DNA of 63,547 nt, counting the filler, from Platydemus manokwari (taxonomy: Eukaryota), in the NCBI GenBank assembly GCA_037951405.1. It is 6 parts of 6 records of this genome, joined end to end, with 100 filler letters (N's around TTAATTAATTAA, not from the genome) between each part and the next. Parts side by side here need not be neighbours in the genome. Positions count along the whole stretch, not along the records: positions 29,697 to 38,954 come from JBBMOY011276650.1; positions 39,055 to 54,473 come from JBBMOY011288094.1; 4 more parts are not named here. One strand, 5' to 3'. Below are positions 35,951 to 50,090 of the stretch, one piece after another. The notes beneath the pieces were generated by a model. The model had not been told where the DNA came from, made no database searches, and saw nothing but the letters and a program-made list of their open reading frames with translations. Each line of letters begins with the position of its first letter. Position 1 is the stretch's first letter. The translations under genes were made by a program, and so were the position numbers.

Positions 35951-37136
35951 GTAGTAGCTACCCCGTTTAAAATTTAAGATTCAATGGAAGAATTCATTTG
36001 TACGCTTTTCGTAAATTATTATTAGTACAAACAAACCAAACATTTTTCAAACCAATTTAAAATCTTTTGCAGAGAGTTTGTACTACCAATTTTAATCAGC
36101 CATATTTGTACTTAAATGATTAAAAAATTTAATATTAAATTATAATAATCATTATTATTATTGATATCATATTTTCCTTCCATTATTATTATCATTATCA
36201 TTTTATTATTATCATCTTTACAAAATCTTATTATAAAGAAAAAATAATCACTCCATTTTCACCCGTGTCATTTTCGACTTCTCTAAGTGTCTGATGAAGT
36301 AAAAAATGATACAAAATATATTTAACACCAAATAATCACGGATAAAAGTAATAAAATATCAAACATATTTCTTTATCGAGCTGCTCAATTTTTAGTTCGA
36401 TCTCTAATAATACTTTATAATTTATTGCCTTTCTGGATTTATAAATTCATTGCAAGCTTCCTAGCCACAATTTAATTAATCTTGGACATTAAATTATGTG
36501 ATTAATCGGTGGTAAATTTATTTTCAGCAGCTATATAAATGAAAAGCTATTTTTGGAAATTTCTTAAGTCTTGTGCCGAAATACTGATGTGATCTGTAAG
36601 GAATTGTTAAAGGATAATTTTTCATTTATTATTTTATACATTTAATGATAACAGTTATGTTTCTGAAATAAATTCTTAATGACCGCATATAAACCCGAAT
36701 TTCATAAAAATTATCTAATAATAAGTTTATAATCAAGAAACTATGCAGACCACATATTAAGCTTCGGATTTGTTCCACTTGTACTATGGTATCAATCAAT
36801 AAGTTCAGTAAATATATAGTCACTCATGTGTGCAATAAATATTTTGTATTTAAAACATTGATGTCATTCTATTGGGCTGCCCTAGATTATGTTAAAAATT
36901 TCTCCCTTAACAACTAAACCAAAATTAACTCACATGATCTATCACCGAGTACGATGTTCATGTTTAATTTTTCATATGGTTAAGAGAATAAAATTTTTCA
37001 AAATATTTACTGTGGTTAAATATGTTTATTATACAGCTTGCGGTTTTGTTCTCAATAAATAAATATATCGGAGTGATTTTCAAATGATAAATAAAATATA
37101 AATATATATGATTGTTACGATGTGATCATTTATATA

Positions 37137-37292
37137 CAGAGCTTCAATCAACGAATTACCAAACGTGAATTATATATGTAAGCCGCTACTACTTTATAAA
37201 CCATGGATTGAAAACAAACAGAAAAGTCACAACAACACATTATATAAACAATTTATATAAGTAGTATTTATATAAGTAGTTCTTGGAGCCCT
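37137..37292. mobile_element. Possible short MITE
   Basis: TA-CAGAGCTTCAA ... TTGGAGCCCTG-TA, an imperfect 11-bp inverted terminus (9/11 matches). Confidence 0.35.
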
Positions 37293-38814
37293 GTATGGGT
37301 CAACCGAAAATTGGTAAAATTAGTCAAATGCGAGGCTTCATGTGTGACTCAATAGAGGGTAATAGAATATTGGTATAAATAAATAAATAATTTAGATGTA
37401 ACGTTGAAGAATCCTGACGTAAATAAATAACTTAAACACATAAGTAATTTTAACAATGGGTGGGGTTAATTTACACCAGATAAATTTTAAATCAAGATCA
37501 AATAAGTATTCGATAAGTATTCACTATTAAAATCGACGAGTACCGAAATCCAAATTCAAATCCAAACCCAAATATTTATTTCCAAAAATGGAAAATTCTA
37601 TAGTTACGGGTTTAGTGAGAGAAAATTCGTGAGATCGTATGTTTTGCCACCTCAGTTAGAGATGACTACAAATAAATTTAATCCAGCAGTTTTGGTTCAG
37701 ATTTAATTGTTATTATCGATCTTCACCACTCGCAATTTATAGCGACTGCACATCATGGATAAACAATTATTTGTACTTTTATGCTTTGGAATTTTTTATT
37801 GTTAATGTCGAATATATTTATACTTTCAGGCCACCACTAATTGTGGCTTCGGGCTATTTTTCAAAACGAGTTTACAACTCATGCAGTTATATATATGATA
37901 AAAAGGAAGGAAAATTCATATCAATCTAACATTGGAGAAGATGTCAGGACTTATAATACAGCTATGAAGAAATCTTACAAGTGTAATCTTGATAGGCTGA
38001 TGTATAATGAGGTATAGTTGGTTTAGATATGGGTTATTTCATCAATCTTCAATCTCGTATTTTTAAATTGAATTTATAAAATCAAATCACAATATCTCCG
38101 TCAAGGAGATCTTGAAATCGATTTGACATCAGAAAAACCATCTGATAAAAAAATTGATTTTACATTACGAATTATTTTCTATCAATAATTTATCGTCTAA
38201 ATTTATATTGAATCTCATCCACACATTGAATCGGTACTCAAATATCGACAAATCACACGATTTCCAGCCACATCTATCTGATATGGATAAAAGAAAATAT
38301 AAACAAACGAAACATTATATGTATATAAGTGATTTTTAATATATATTTTTTCATACCTAAACTAATCTAATACAAACCGTTTTGAGACCGATTTTAGAAT
38401 TGAATCATTGATATAATAAGCTTGATTAGAAAGGTGAGTGTTATATTAATTATAATAAGCACATCTCGTGTATTAATGATTTCAATGTTAGTGATTAAGC
38501 TTGTTAAACACTAGAAATATATAGATATATAGATATATATGTATATCAATGTATGTGTATATATAAATATAAATATAAATATATATTTGCATATTGTGAA
38601 TTTGCATAATTGAGGTGTTTCGATTCTGAATTTGTTATGAATCTCTCTCACGGAATAAAATATTGTTTGAAATCATTTTCGTTAGGAAATTTAAGCATGA
38701 TCGGTGAGTGTTTTTTTTTAACTGTTTTGGAGTTTAAAATTTGTCAAAGTGTTTTCTTTATTTTTTCGAAAGGATTGATTTTCTGTTTTCATGATTTTTA
38801 TTATTAAACGGAAA

Positions 38815-38954
38815 TAAAAATGATAATAATAATAATCATTATAATAATAGTAATAAAATAACAGTAACTATAATGATAATAATAATGATAATAATAATGA
38901 TAACAATATTATAATTTATGATATTAATAATAATCATGATAATAATAATGATAA
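38815..38954. repeat. (AAT/GAT)n microsatellite at contig end
   Basis: Imperfect AATAATGAT repeats running into the linker; likely cause of the assembly break. Confidence 0.85.
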
Positions 38955-39054
38955 NNNNNNNNNNNNNNNNNNNNNNNNNNNNNNNNNNNNNNNNNNNNTT
39001 AATTAATTAANNNNNNNNNNNNNNNNNNNNNNNNNNNNNNNNNNNNNNNNNNNN
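38955..39054. other. Artificial contig linker
   Basis: N44-TTAATTAATTAA-N44. Confidence 0.99.
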
Positions 39055-41413
39055 GTCTTTGTGTAAAACAAAATCGTTCAAGTCGATTACTTGAAATAAA
39101 AACATATGCTTCTTTAAAACACATGTTTCTTTCTTACTTGAAGTTTTCTTGTATTTTATTCTTGTATAAATATTTAAATCAAATAGTTAAATCAAATGTG
39201 ATAGTCAGATGTATCCATTTCGGAATTCCTCATTGATGTCCACACGTTTGTAATGCTCCCACCATCTTGAAGAACTGATCGTCATCTCAAAGAAGATTGT
39301 CAGTTCAAATTTTATCTTTTCATTTTTCTCGATGCGAATGACCTTCTTGGGCTTGATTCCACGATACACAATGTCGTTCCAATTCCCAGCACTATCCTTT
39401 ATTAAGTACTGGCATCTTCTCAACACTTCTTAACAAACTTCTGGATAAAGTGATTTCAATGGAAATTATGTTTGTTTCAGCTATATCTTGCCATAAAGGC
39501 GATGTGGATATTTTTATGATGATAATATTTACAGAAATGATTGTGTGACATTATGACACTTGCCGGTTTAATATTACAGCAATTTTACGTTTTATTATAC
39601 GTTTTAGACACCAAATAAAATTATTTCAATACTGATATATACTTAATGCAAAAATCTACATTTATACACATAAACGTAAAATATTTTTCATACAATTCCA
39701 AAGCACATTATAGTTATTTATTGTTCTCACGAGGAATAAAACCAGGTATTGTGGAGGGGATCAACCCTGTAAATAGGAAGAATATGCGGTTGTTTATAAA
39801 TATATTTTTTATAAATTTATATTTTATATTTATTGGATCTAGCTTTATCTTCCTATGGAATTAATGTTCTTCCGGTACGAGTACTGGGAATATACAAAGT
39901 CTGGATCCCTTGTGCAATTGAATCTTCTTCCGTTGGTTCATAATACTGATGTAATGTATTACTACGCTTCGAACGAAATACCTATTCTGTAACTGAATTT
40001 ATGGTAATCTATTCTCTGCAATTAATTCCACTATAACTGAGAGAAATTGTCTGTGATAGCTATTTTATTTTATTTGATGCATTGATATTTATTTAATGCG
40101 TGGCTATTCAATTTAATGTTTGCATATTTAATCAATGCATAGCTATTTATTTTATTCTAGGTTAATATTTTATCTACTGTGCGCGAAAATTGGTGATAGA
40201 TATTTACTGCGCAATAATACATGAATTTATAATTATTATTTTATTGGTTTTTTATTAAAGCAGAATTTTTAAAGGCTTTCTAAATTATTTTATTTTAATG
40301 GATATTTTTAACGGGTAATTGAATATTATTTTTGGTTTTATTTATATTGTATTTAATTTAATTCAACCGCAGAATTTCTGAAATTTTACAACAAAAAATA
40401 CAATATTATTTCATGGAATTAAATATTATTTCATGTAGAATACCTTTGTACACAGATATAATGGTAGGTTTAATACATAATATTGTTGGGCACAGAAATA
40501 AACTAAAACAGTGGTATTAGAATATTAATTAATAGTACAAAAAATCAATTCAGGATTATTAATTAGCATAAGACGATTACAATAAAATAACCGACAGGCA
40601 GTGAAGAATCGCTACAAAACCAAAACAAAAGCGACTCGGAACTGCTCAATTATTCAAACAAGTAAAATTATTTTATAAACTTTATTATCAATAATCGTAT
40701 CTTGGGCACAGCTCAAAAGCACTTTAATTTACTCTTAAATTTAAGTAAAATAATATTAATTTATCTTTGTAGCTTGCCAGACTATTAAGCCCCAACTATC
40801 TATAATAAATTAAGGACCTTACCTCTCTCCGCTCAAGGATCATATAAACTTTTAAGAAAACAACAGCGGTTAATTAATTATTCTAATTAATAAAAAAACT
40901 CCAGGTTGGGTAATATTTAGGAAACAACATCAGTTGATTATTGTTGCTTATTGTCATTGAACTTTTTGTTTTGTTTACTATTTATTAGTTTGTTCTCGAG
41001 AAAATATATATTGTTATATCATTTATTTAATTTATTTATTTATAATTCAAATCATGGACATCATTTATATGCACTGTTTTCTGAAATCAGGGACCACTCA
41101 TCTCCAAAACTTTTTGATGTTAGGAAATCAAATTAACCCTTTGACACTTAACAATATCAAGGGTAAAGATAAAACAACATGAACATAACAAAGTCATTAT
41201 CTCCAAGATAACTGTCACAAAGTCGATTTTTATCAAAACCCCAACAGTTTAATATTTGTTAAATAATAATTATCATTTAAATAATGCCTGAAAAAAACTA
41301 ATTAATGATTAAACATGTCCAAATTACCATAAAAATTTGACTACTTTCTAAAACAACTCTGACACGATCTCATTTTTACACTATGGTTGAGTGGCAATCG
41401 TTCCCAATAATTA

Positions 41414-41656
41414 TTATTTAACGCCTTCGTACCAGCTTACGGATACACGAAAAGACTTATTTAAATTTAATTTGTTTTTAATCAAATCACATTGTATATT
41501 GAAAATTAAAAGCATTACTTTTACTTTAATCGCGGTATTATCTAACTGCAGCGTAATTTGTGTAATTGTTTCAGTAACTATTGTAGCGACTACTTTGTCG
41601 AATGTCCTTTTTAGGGCTCGATGAATCACTGGTTGAAATTCTCTGCGATTACTTAT
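41414..41656 (-). CDS. Probable terminal exons of an unidentified small gene, divergent from the DnaJ gene
   Basis: After an AG: ISNRREFQPVIHRALKRTFDKVVATIVTETITQITLQLDNTAIK, then a GT..AG intron, then SFRVSVSWYEGVK-stop. GC content is higher than the flanks. No family recognised. Confidence 0.4.
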   Translation of the reverse strand: MSNRREFQPVIHRALKRTFDKVVATIVTETITQITLQLDNTAIKVKVMLLIFNIQCDLIKNKLNLNKSFRVSVSWYEGVK

Positions 41657-42172
41657 CTAATGCACTGAATATATTTTTACTATAGACTTTTTTTATGTAG
41701 AGGTAAATTTTCTATGATTAAATTAATACTAAAATTATTAATAATTATTTGGACCGATTTGATCAAAAATAAAAAAGCCATTATTAAATGGTATAAATAA
41801 ATAAATCATATTTAGGGCTACAAAAAATCAGATTTAAACATAATGCACAATAAAAGGAACAGGAATAATCTTTTTCCTAATTAATACGATTTTATCAAGT
41901 TGTTTTGTGCTTTCCTAAAATAAATTATTTTACATCAATTGATATATAAAAAACTGGTGATATTAAATTATTTAAATTTCCTGATGTTCTTAAAATTTCC
42001 AACAAATGATTTGCTTATCATTGATTATGTTTTAAACATTTTAATTAAGACATCAATATCAACAAAATTTAATAATTTTTTTCTAATTTAAAGCCATTTG
42101 TTTAAATATTAAATATTAAATTAAAAATAAATGTTTTAAAATGCTTTATTTTATAGTATATCTTGTTCACAT

Positions 42173-42797
42173 ATGTTAAAAATATGTTTAGAATTTAAGC
42201 AGATTTTATTATTTAATATCTTTTCAAAATATAAATGTTATTATGAAATTCTCAATGTACCTTCAGATTCGTCAAATAAAGAGATTAGACAGTCTTATAT
42301 AAAATTATCGAAAATAGTAAATATATGCTGTTTGCTATCATATGATATTTATTGCAGTATCATCCAGATAACCTAACTACAGGATGCATTCATAAATTCA
42401 AATTAATAAATGAAGCTTATAATATTTTATCAAAGCCAAAAACAAGAATTTTATATGATAATAAGCTGCACAAACGCAATAGTTCAATTTCTAAAAATTT
42501 TGAAAAGTTAAGAGCTCATTGTTTTCGTTATTAATTAACATATTTAGTTATCAATTCTCTTATCAATATTATTCGATACATAAACGAAAAATTACGTTTG
42601 AAGATAAAGTTTCTTTAATATTGTTTGGATATTTGTTGGTCGTTTCTATAATTCAATATGCTATCATCATGTAAGTGAAATATTTTTAATAAGCAATTGA
42701 TTTTCTAAGATTTTTTATAAGGTTTATTAATTAAATTTTTCTTATTTTTAGTTTGGTTGTAAATTCATTAAAGAAAAAAAGTGAAAGAAGTATTTAA
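42173..42797 (+). CDS. Small J-domain protein with C-terminal TM helix (DNAJC4/DnaJ-60-like)
   Basis: Exons 42173-42316, 42358-42506, 42548-42670 and probably 42752-42797 give YYEILNVPSDSSNKEIRQSYIKLSKI-YHPD..FKLINEAYNILSKPKTRILYD (HPD motif intact after splicing), then hydrophobic VSLILFGYLLVVSIIQYAII. Confidence 0.85.
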
Positions 42798-42842
42798 TAT
42801 ATTTTTACAAATATTTTATGTAAATTCGCATTAAACAATATC

Positions 42843-42852
42843 NNNNNNNNNN
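42843..42852. other. 10-N scaffold gap within a contig
   Basis: Short N run without the linker core. Confidence 0.95.
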
Positions 42853-45800
42853 TATCGATTGTTTTTTATTAGATTAAAATATGGCATTTGTAATTCTTAA
42901 GTTTTAAATGCTTATAAATGTTGATAATCGGTTAAATTGAAGTTCTTATGTAAAATGTTAAACAAATTTTTAGCGTGTTAGTTTGACATTAATGATTGAA
43001 TATTGATTAAAACCCAAAGGTTGGTTGGTATTATCTTGTTGAATAAGGCTTGTAACTGGAAGCTGGTATATTTCACACGATAACTATGTTCGTAAAAATG
43101 CTGCATTATGTGTAATCTTTTGAAAAGTCACCACTAGTTAGTGTCGAATAAGAGTCAAACTAAAGGAAAATATTGATTTTGTTTAGTAGATCACAAAGAA
43201 ATCAAACTATTTGCGAAAATTATGACAGGAACGCAAAAAGGTTGATAAGCTCGGTAGACAATTAGATTCTTCTGTCCATATTTAAAACTCGATAATGAAT
43301 TGGCGCGTACTACCAATATGTAACTAACATCGAGATTTGAAAATGACACGGGAATACATGAAAATTTTCTAACAATCAGACGAGTGAACTACTTTGTCGA
43401 ATGAAAAACTAAGCCCTGAGACATGAAGTGAACACCTACCATAAGCCTATAAAAGTAGTTGGATTTGACGAGCACCTGCCAGCCTTTTTGGTCGTCAATT
43501 TCTATTCTGCGTGACTCGCGTAATATATCTGACAACCAGTATTTGTGATTATCTGTTTTGTCGTTTAATTTTTGGGTGCTGATTCCCCCTTGGGTGATTA
43601 TCTATTGTTAAATTAGAAGGATTTCGACTATTTAGTGATAATTTGCGTTTTGTAATTTGTGCGATTTCTAATTACAATTTTTCAGCATCATTTGATATCG
43701 TAATCAATTTCATTATCTTTATAAGTAGCATTGTAAATGTGGTGTCGTTATGATAGACATTTGTACATCATATACATACTCATCATCGGCAACTGATAGA
43801 ATTACAAATGTTAACACCGCGTCAACAGAGAAACAAAAACACTTACATAGAAAAGTAGAGTATGCAGTTCATTATTTGGATTCATTTCGCTCATAAATTC
43901 TTGAAGACTGGTCACATTATATTTTGTAGAAAGAAGATGAGTGTTAAAACAAGATTTCAGTGAAGAATCTATCCAAGATTCCTTAGAAAATAATTGGTAG
44001 TACCAAGTTAACCAAACCAAAATAGCTTTCGCGTAAAAAGAAGCATATATGTGCAAATAATATTGGTATCGAGTATGTTTTGAAATGGTGCAAGACACCA
44101 AAAATATAATAAAAGAGAATGCCGTCGAGAACCGAAGAGTCTTCATCCGAGTGGAGAACTCAGATGATGAATTAGATATCTCAAAACTAATAACGGATAA
44201 AGAAAGATAAGCAGGCTTGGAAAGTAATGATACTTCCAATATCACCTATAAGCATAGTAGGATGTAGATTTGATTTAAAGATAAAAATAAAGAATCTAGA
44301 AGACACGAGAGGAATGCGGCATCTTACCTTATTCGAGGTCGAATAACTAAGATGGAACAAGTTACCATAGAAAAGTGAAGAAAAATTTGGTGAAGCTGTT
44401 TCAAAAAATGCAAATATTTATCACAAATCATTCAATTAGAAAATCCTCACAAAGAAAAAATAGCAACGAATAAAATTCGTACATGTCGCAATGGCCCAGT
44501 CAGCATTTACTGCACCATTAGGAGAAGTGGCAATAAATATTCTAAATTACCAAGGGGACCATATTTACTCTCAAGTTATAACCTTAAGGCTAAGGATAGG
44601 GAACTATAAAACTCAACGGCATGGCCTAAAAGGTGAAACCACTGAAGGACAAAAAGATGAGTTAAAAGTTAAGGAAAAGGTAAATAATATTTTCAAAGGA
44701 AAAATAGCAGTACGATACAAGGTGCAGGAGGGAATGAAAGCGATCAGAACCGCCATCGGTGATATGTATGGTGTAAGATAGTTATCCGATGCATTTATAT
44801 TTCAAGATGGCGTAAAATGACGTGGGGAGAGGTTCATATTACACGAATTGGCCAAATATTATTTAAAATACGAATTCCAGCAGAAATTCGCAAACCCGTA
44901 ATATGCATAGTAGAAGTTATTGTCAGAAGATGAGGAATTAGAAACGAAAACCGTTACTAAAAGGAGAGAGATTCCAAAAAAGGAAACATTCAATAAGACG
45001 AGGAAGCAGAAGAAAAAGGTAAAGCCCAAACCACTAGGATTAGAGTAATCGTTATTTTAGATTCCCCTGAAGAAGAGGTAATCTTAGACAAAGAAAAAGT
45101 GCAAATACCAATAAAAGAAACTAAAATGAATCGAAAAACACATGTATGGGAAGTATATTTGAATAAAGATTTAACATACATAGTGAACGAAAAATACGTC
45201 ATCCCGAAGGAAAGGGTTGAGACTCAGCAATACATTCGAAGTAGAGTGCGAAGGATTATTCGAAACGGAGAAACTCGAAAATAGAAATAGAAAATGTAGT
45301 GTAACCGGATGAGTCTTCGATCAATTTCACAAGTCCCTATCAGAAATTCCAAGAAAATGGCGACATATACCCATTAAGTTATCTCAGCTATGTCTGTAAC
45401 AGCACAGGTGAGAAGAGGAAAGTCAAAAAAGGAAGTTTTAACGAAGTCAAAACTGCATTTTTAAAACATTGATTCTCAATCAGTGTTTTTATTATTATTA
45501 TTTAATAAATGATGTTTAATCAATAATTTGTTTTTTTGATGTTTTGAGATTACGAAATCTCAATATTTTGTGAGGACGAATTGATGAGCTTAAAGATAAG
45601 CAAAATGAGATAAAACCAACTAAAAATAAAATAAATGCAATTAAGAGTAAAAGATTAAAATAGTATCTAAAAGATGATAATTGCACAAATTATTATTAAA
45701 TTACTGTTAATAAATATTTTTAATTGTTTTATTGTTGTATTTTGAATTGTATTTGAATTTTATTGTTGTATTAATTACCTTGGAAATATTCTGAAATAGA

Positions 45801-47269
45801 GGATTCGATGAAATGTGTCAGGGCATTCATAATGATAAATAATTAAACAAAATGCAAATTTATCCCATGATTTAAGCAAACTGTGTTGAATCGGTTTTCC
45901 AAAATTATTTTTAATAAAAATTTTTAAAGTTAACCACTAAGGTAGTGCTACTTTTTAATCAATTATCGATCATCTACGGTGATTCTCTTGAAAATAATGA
46001 CTGATAACACATAATAAAGGAATTCACGATGTCTACACAAGTATATGTTATTGACTAATGTTTGGATTACACATTTATGACCTGTGTTGGTTTTCTGATA
46101 CATCATAAATGAATTTGATCTGATCACCCACCAATTTTGCAGTATGAAAGCTGATGAAAAGCAGCATAGGGAAGCCAAAATCAAAAAAAATGTTTAAATA
46201 TTTAAGTTAAAAACGAGAGATGATTTAATTTAAATTAATAATATTTTTTAATGTACTTATAACAATTATTTACTGAAAAATGATAATAGTAATAATATTG
46301 GGAAATTGACAAATTTATACAAATAAATAACCGGAATATAGCAACAAAGAAAAACTCTTGAATAATTTAGCGACTAATAAAAATAATATTTGTTTAGATG
46401 AAAATTGCCAATGTTTAAAGGGTTAAACAGCGAACTCACATATGATAGAACATTATCTATAGGAACCCAATAAGTGAATTGGGATTCACAAATTTTGAAT
46501 CACTTTGAAACCTTTATCCGTACGTTCTCTAAACACTGCAATGTTCATTTTGGAAGAAATATTTTAAATAATCAATAGCCAACATAAAAATTTGTGATTT
46601 TTCACAGTTACAAAATTTAATAAACTCTGTTCTTTTGTACGTAAATCAATTTTATGTTCATGACTCAGAGCAGGTATTTTCTCTAAATGATTAGATAAAA
46701 TGCTAATAAATAATTTAATACAGAACTAAAAATAAATTTGACTGTTCCATGAAATATCATCGAGTTTTATCTTTAGGATATTTTTTGAGTATTTTTGTGT
46801 TTGGTTTGTCTTGAACCACAGAAACATGTTGAGTCGATTTTTCCAAGGATTCCTTTACCATTTCAATTATTTGTCTATTGGTTGAGATGTAATTCTGAAA
46901 ATGTATAATTATTTTCAAGATATTTATCCAAGAATTACTTGATAATTTCCATTATTTTTATACAACGAAATTTCATCACACTGTTATACTCAATGCTAAT
47001 GAATTTTTTAAAAATGTTCTAAGAACTCGAATACCCAATAAATATAATAATCAAAATTGAAATATTGATTTTGGTGAATAATATTAATTAAAAAATAAAG
47101 GAAAATCAATTGGAAAATTGTTTTTAAAAGAAAATTCTTTATCACTGAATGTCGAAACTGAAACGACAGGAAATCCAAATTATATTTTAATAACAATTAT
47201 TCTAACAAATATTATAATTTTTTATAAAATCTGATTTTAAAGTTTTTCAAATTTCATTTCAATATAAAT

Positions 47270-47450
47270 CGTCACAACGATGGCATCGTAAATTCAACTG
47301 AAAGAAGAAAGTGTACATCATGGGTATTTCAAGAAACTGGAAACAAACAATAGTGCTGCTAGGACTATAAAGATGGCTATTAAAGTCAAAAGAAAACAAT
47401 TTAGTTAAATTCTATTAAAATTGATAAGAAAAATTGATCAACAAACAGGT
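47270..47450 (+). mobile_element. Possible Mutator-like (MULE) transposase C-terminal remnant
   Basis: SQRWHRKFN resembles the MULE E.WH..FN motif, followed by a broken Lys/Arg-rich helix. Confidence 0.3.
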
Positions 47451-48718
47451 ACACTTAATGGGTGATTTAAATTTTAATTTTTATAATGTTCAAACCATAA
47501 TTTTGAAAGTACATGCCCACATATCATTGGCCGAAACTGGTTTGAATTATTCCTCCTAAATATAGGCGAAAACTTGTGCAAAACATGTATCCACATTCTT
47601 CAATAAATAACTCTTTCAACACCTTTTTTTATCGTTTGGACTGGATTAGGTATCGCTGATACTTTTCAAAAGTTATTCTTCAGGACACGTCAGCTTTTGC
47701 ATCAAAATCAGTTAAGTTTTAATTAAATTTATTTTGAATATTATATAGTTAGCCTATCACTATATCTAAAATTAATCATTGTTGTATCACTAAATTTCGT
47801 TTAATTTTTATTGATTAATACAAGCAACTTATAAATTGAAAGAAATTAGACTATTGATAGAGATAATACTATTATATAATTCAACATCTCATTGAATTGA
47901 GCTTGTAACCAATAATATAAGTAAAAGCCCGCCAATATCAAGTTTTTAAGCGATATAAAAAATATTTACAAATTCTAATTTAAATATTTTTTTAATTTAA
48001 TTCGTAATATATTATAACGATAATAAATCAATTTATCGATTTTATTTCAAATAAAATAATCAATTCATTTATTAAGTTTATTCCTGCATGAATGATGTAA
48101 ATAATTAATAAATTAATTCAATTTCAATAAAAACATTTGGATGAATGTAAGGCTAGTCGAACAAAATCCAACAAAAACATATCATTATTTATTCTAGCTG
48201 TGTATTATACATATATATCTGTGTGATCAGTTGCCTCATAGAATATCTGTTAATGATAATATGGAACCAAAATGTCACGTATTGAATCAATCCGACATTG
48301 CTTGATCAATTGATTCATATCCAATAATAGTCGCATTTGTTGAAAAATATAATTTTTTAATTCCATCATTATCATCATCATCATCATCATCAATAATGAT
48401 GACCGATTTATCGGGTTTTATTCGTTTCATATTAAATCGAGTTTGTCTGTTGGTAAATTCTCTCCAAACGCCATGTATTTGACATACAAGAGACCAACTG
48501 ATTATTTTGTGATTGAAAATATTTTTACCATTAAAAATAGAAATCATGCCTGATTGGTATTTAGTTTCGGTAAAAGTTCTTTTTTTATCATTCTATTATT
48601 ATTATAAAATGATTAATAATAGTGTTTATTATTTGATGTGGTTATTTATCAGGATATTGACAAATCAATAAATTATATATTAATGAGGTGCTTCTATCTG
48701 CTTGTCTCATTATATAAA

Positions 48719-50090
48719 AGTTAGATAAAAAATTAGATTTGTTTTAATATTAATAAAATAAATAAATATTCATGGAAAAAATTGATGTTTTTACTGGCAA
48801 CCACGTTGAAATGAACGCTCTGACTAGAGCCAAAAGAGAGAAGCGCAAAACATTTTTGTGACTATTATTGATTCCGAAACCGTCATTCTTCAATTAATCA
48901 ATCCATAATGCTAAAAAACGGTTCCAAACAACCAAACATTTCGCGACATTTATTCATTTGCATTTGACATACTGTTGAGAGATGACTCCAAACAACTGTG
49001 GCAAGAATTCAGCATTTTCGAAGAAGCTGTTTCTCACATTATCAAAACAGTGTATGACAAGGTTCAGGATTTGGCAACATTGCAACAAAGACCAGATGAA
49101 GCTAGTTTCGGAGGTGTTTGAGAAGAAAAACACTATTGAAGAAATTTCCGCAAGGTCTAAATAGCAAAACATTGCAATGTCCAATGATAGAAGAAGAGAG
49201 CTGGCTGTCAATTTGAAGAAGTTAACTCTGACGAACCCTATAAACGCCATCTAGCAAACATATGCTCAGTTTGTATTTCTGAGTGTTCCAAAGAAAAACC
49301 TTTCAGAAGGAGTCCAAGTCCAATCATGCAAAGGAAGAGATTTTGGTCTAAAGGACAAAATCGAAATGGCACTGAAGAGTATTGATGATAAGAGTGATAT
49401 TTCATTGAATAGGTCTATAAAAGAAAAAAGCACAATTTTTATGGCTTCTCGGTTCGATTTGGACTAACAGATTTGGTGAAGCACGAAATCCGTACAAAAA
49501 GAGAACCTATTGCAGAAAACCCCACAAGGCATCCAATAAATTTAGAAACCAAAATTCAAGAATTGATAAAAAATCTTCTTGAAAGCCATGCAAAAGCCAT
49601 TGGACCTAGTTCCAAAGAAAGATGGATCGATCAGGATGTGTTTAGACTTCAGAAAATTAAACGAACAGACTGAGAAGCTTTCTTTTCCGGTACCTGATAT
49701 CCAAACGATATTGAACTCAGTGTATGGAGCGACAATTTTCTTCACGATGTATTTAGGCCAAACATAATATCAGGTCGAAATTGAGGAAGATTCTAAGTTG
49801 AAAAAGGGGTTTACTACTAGATCAAGGCAGTTTTGTTTTATCACACTACCTTTTGGATTATGTACTGCACCAGCAACGTTTCAGAGTCTAATACATACGA
49901 TATTCAAGGATTTCACTTACAAAGGCGGGACTTACAAATGTATACACTGGACGGACTAAAGAAGTTATGATTCCAAGGGAAGAGTTTGGTCCTATGGAAA
50001 AGATCGTTGTTGAAGTTGAGCACTTTGGGGAATTGATGACTAAAACCAAGTATCTGTTGGTCATTGTAGATAGATTTAGTAATTTGTTTT
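48719..50090 (+). mobile_element. Second, 3'-truncated copy of the short-LTR Gypsy family
   Basis: Starts AGTTAGATAAA..TTTTAC then TGGCAACC (PBS-like). Gag remnants KRFQTTKHFA and MSNDRRRELAVNLK match KWFQTTKDFA and MSDDRRREFVATFK of the 25.8-28.5 kb copy. RT: LVPKKDGSIRMCLDFRKLNE..FPVPDI..LPFGLCTAPATFQ. Integrase start KYLLVIVDRFS near 50050-50080. Confidence 0.9.

Noticed and set aside
48287-48547. 86-aa ORF with poly-Asp as a gene
   Set aside because: The acidic run comes from a short (ATC)n microsatellite; no domain or splice support.
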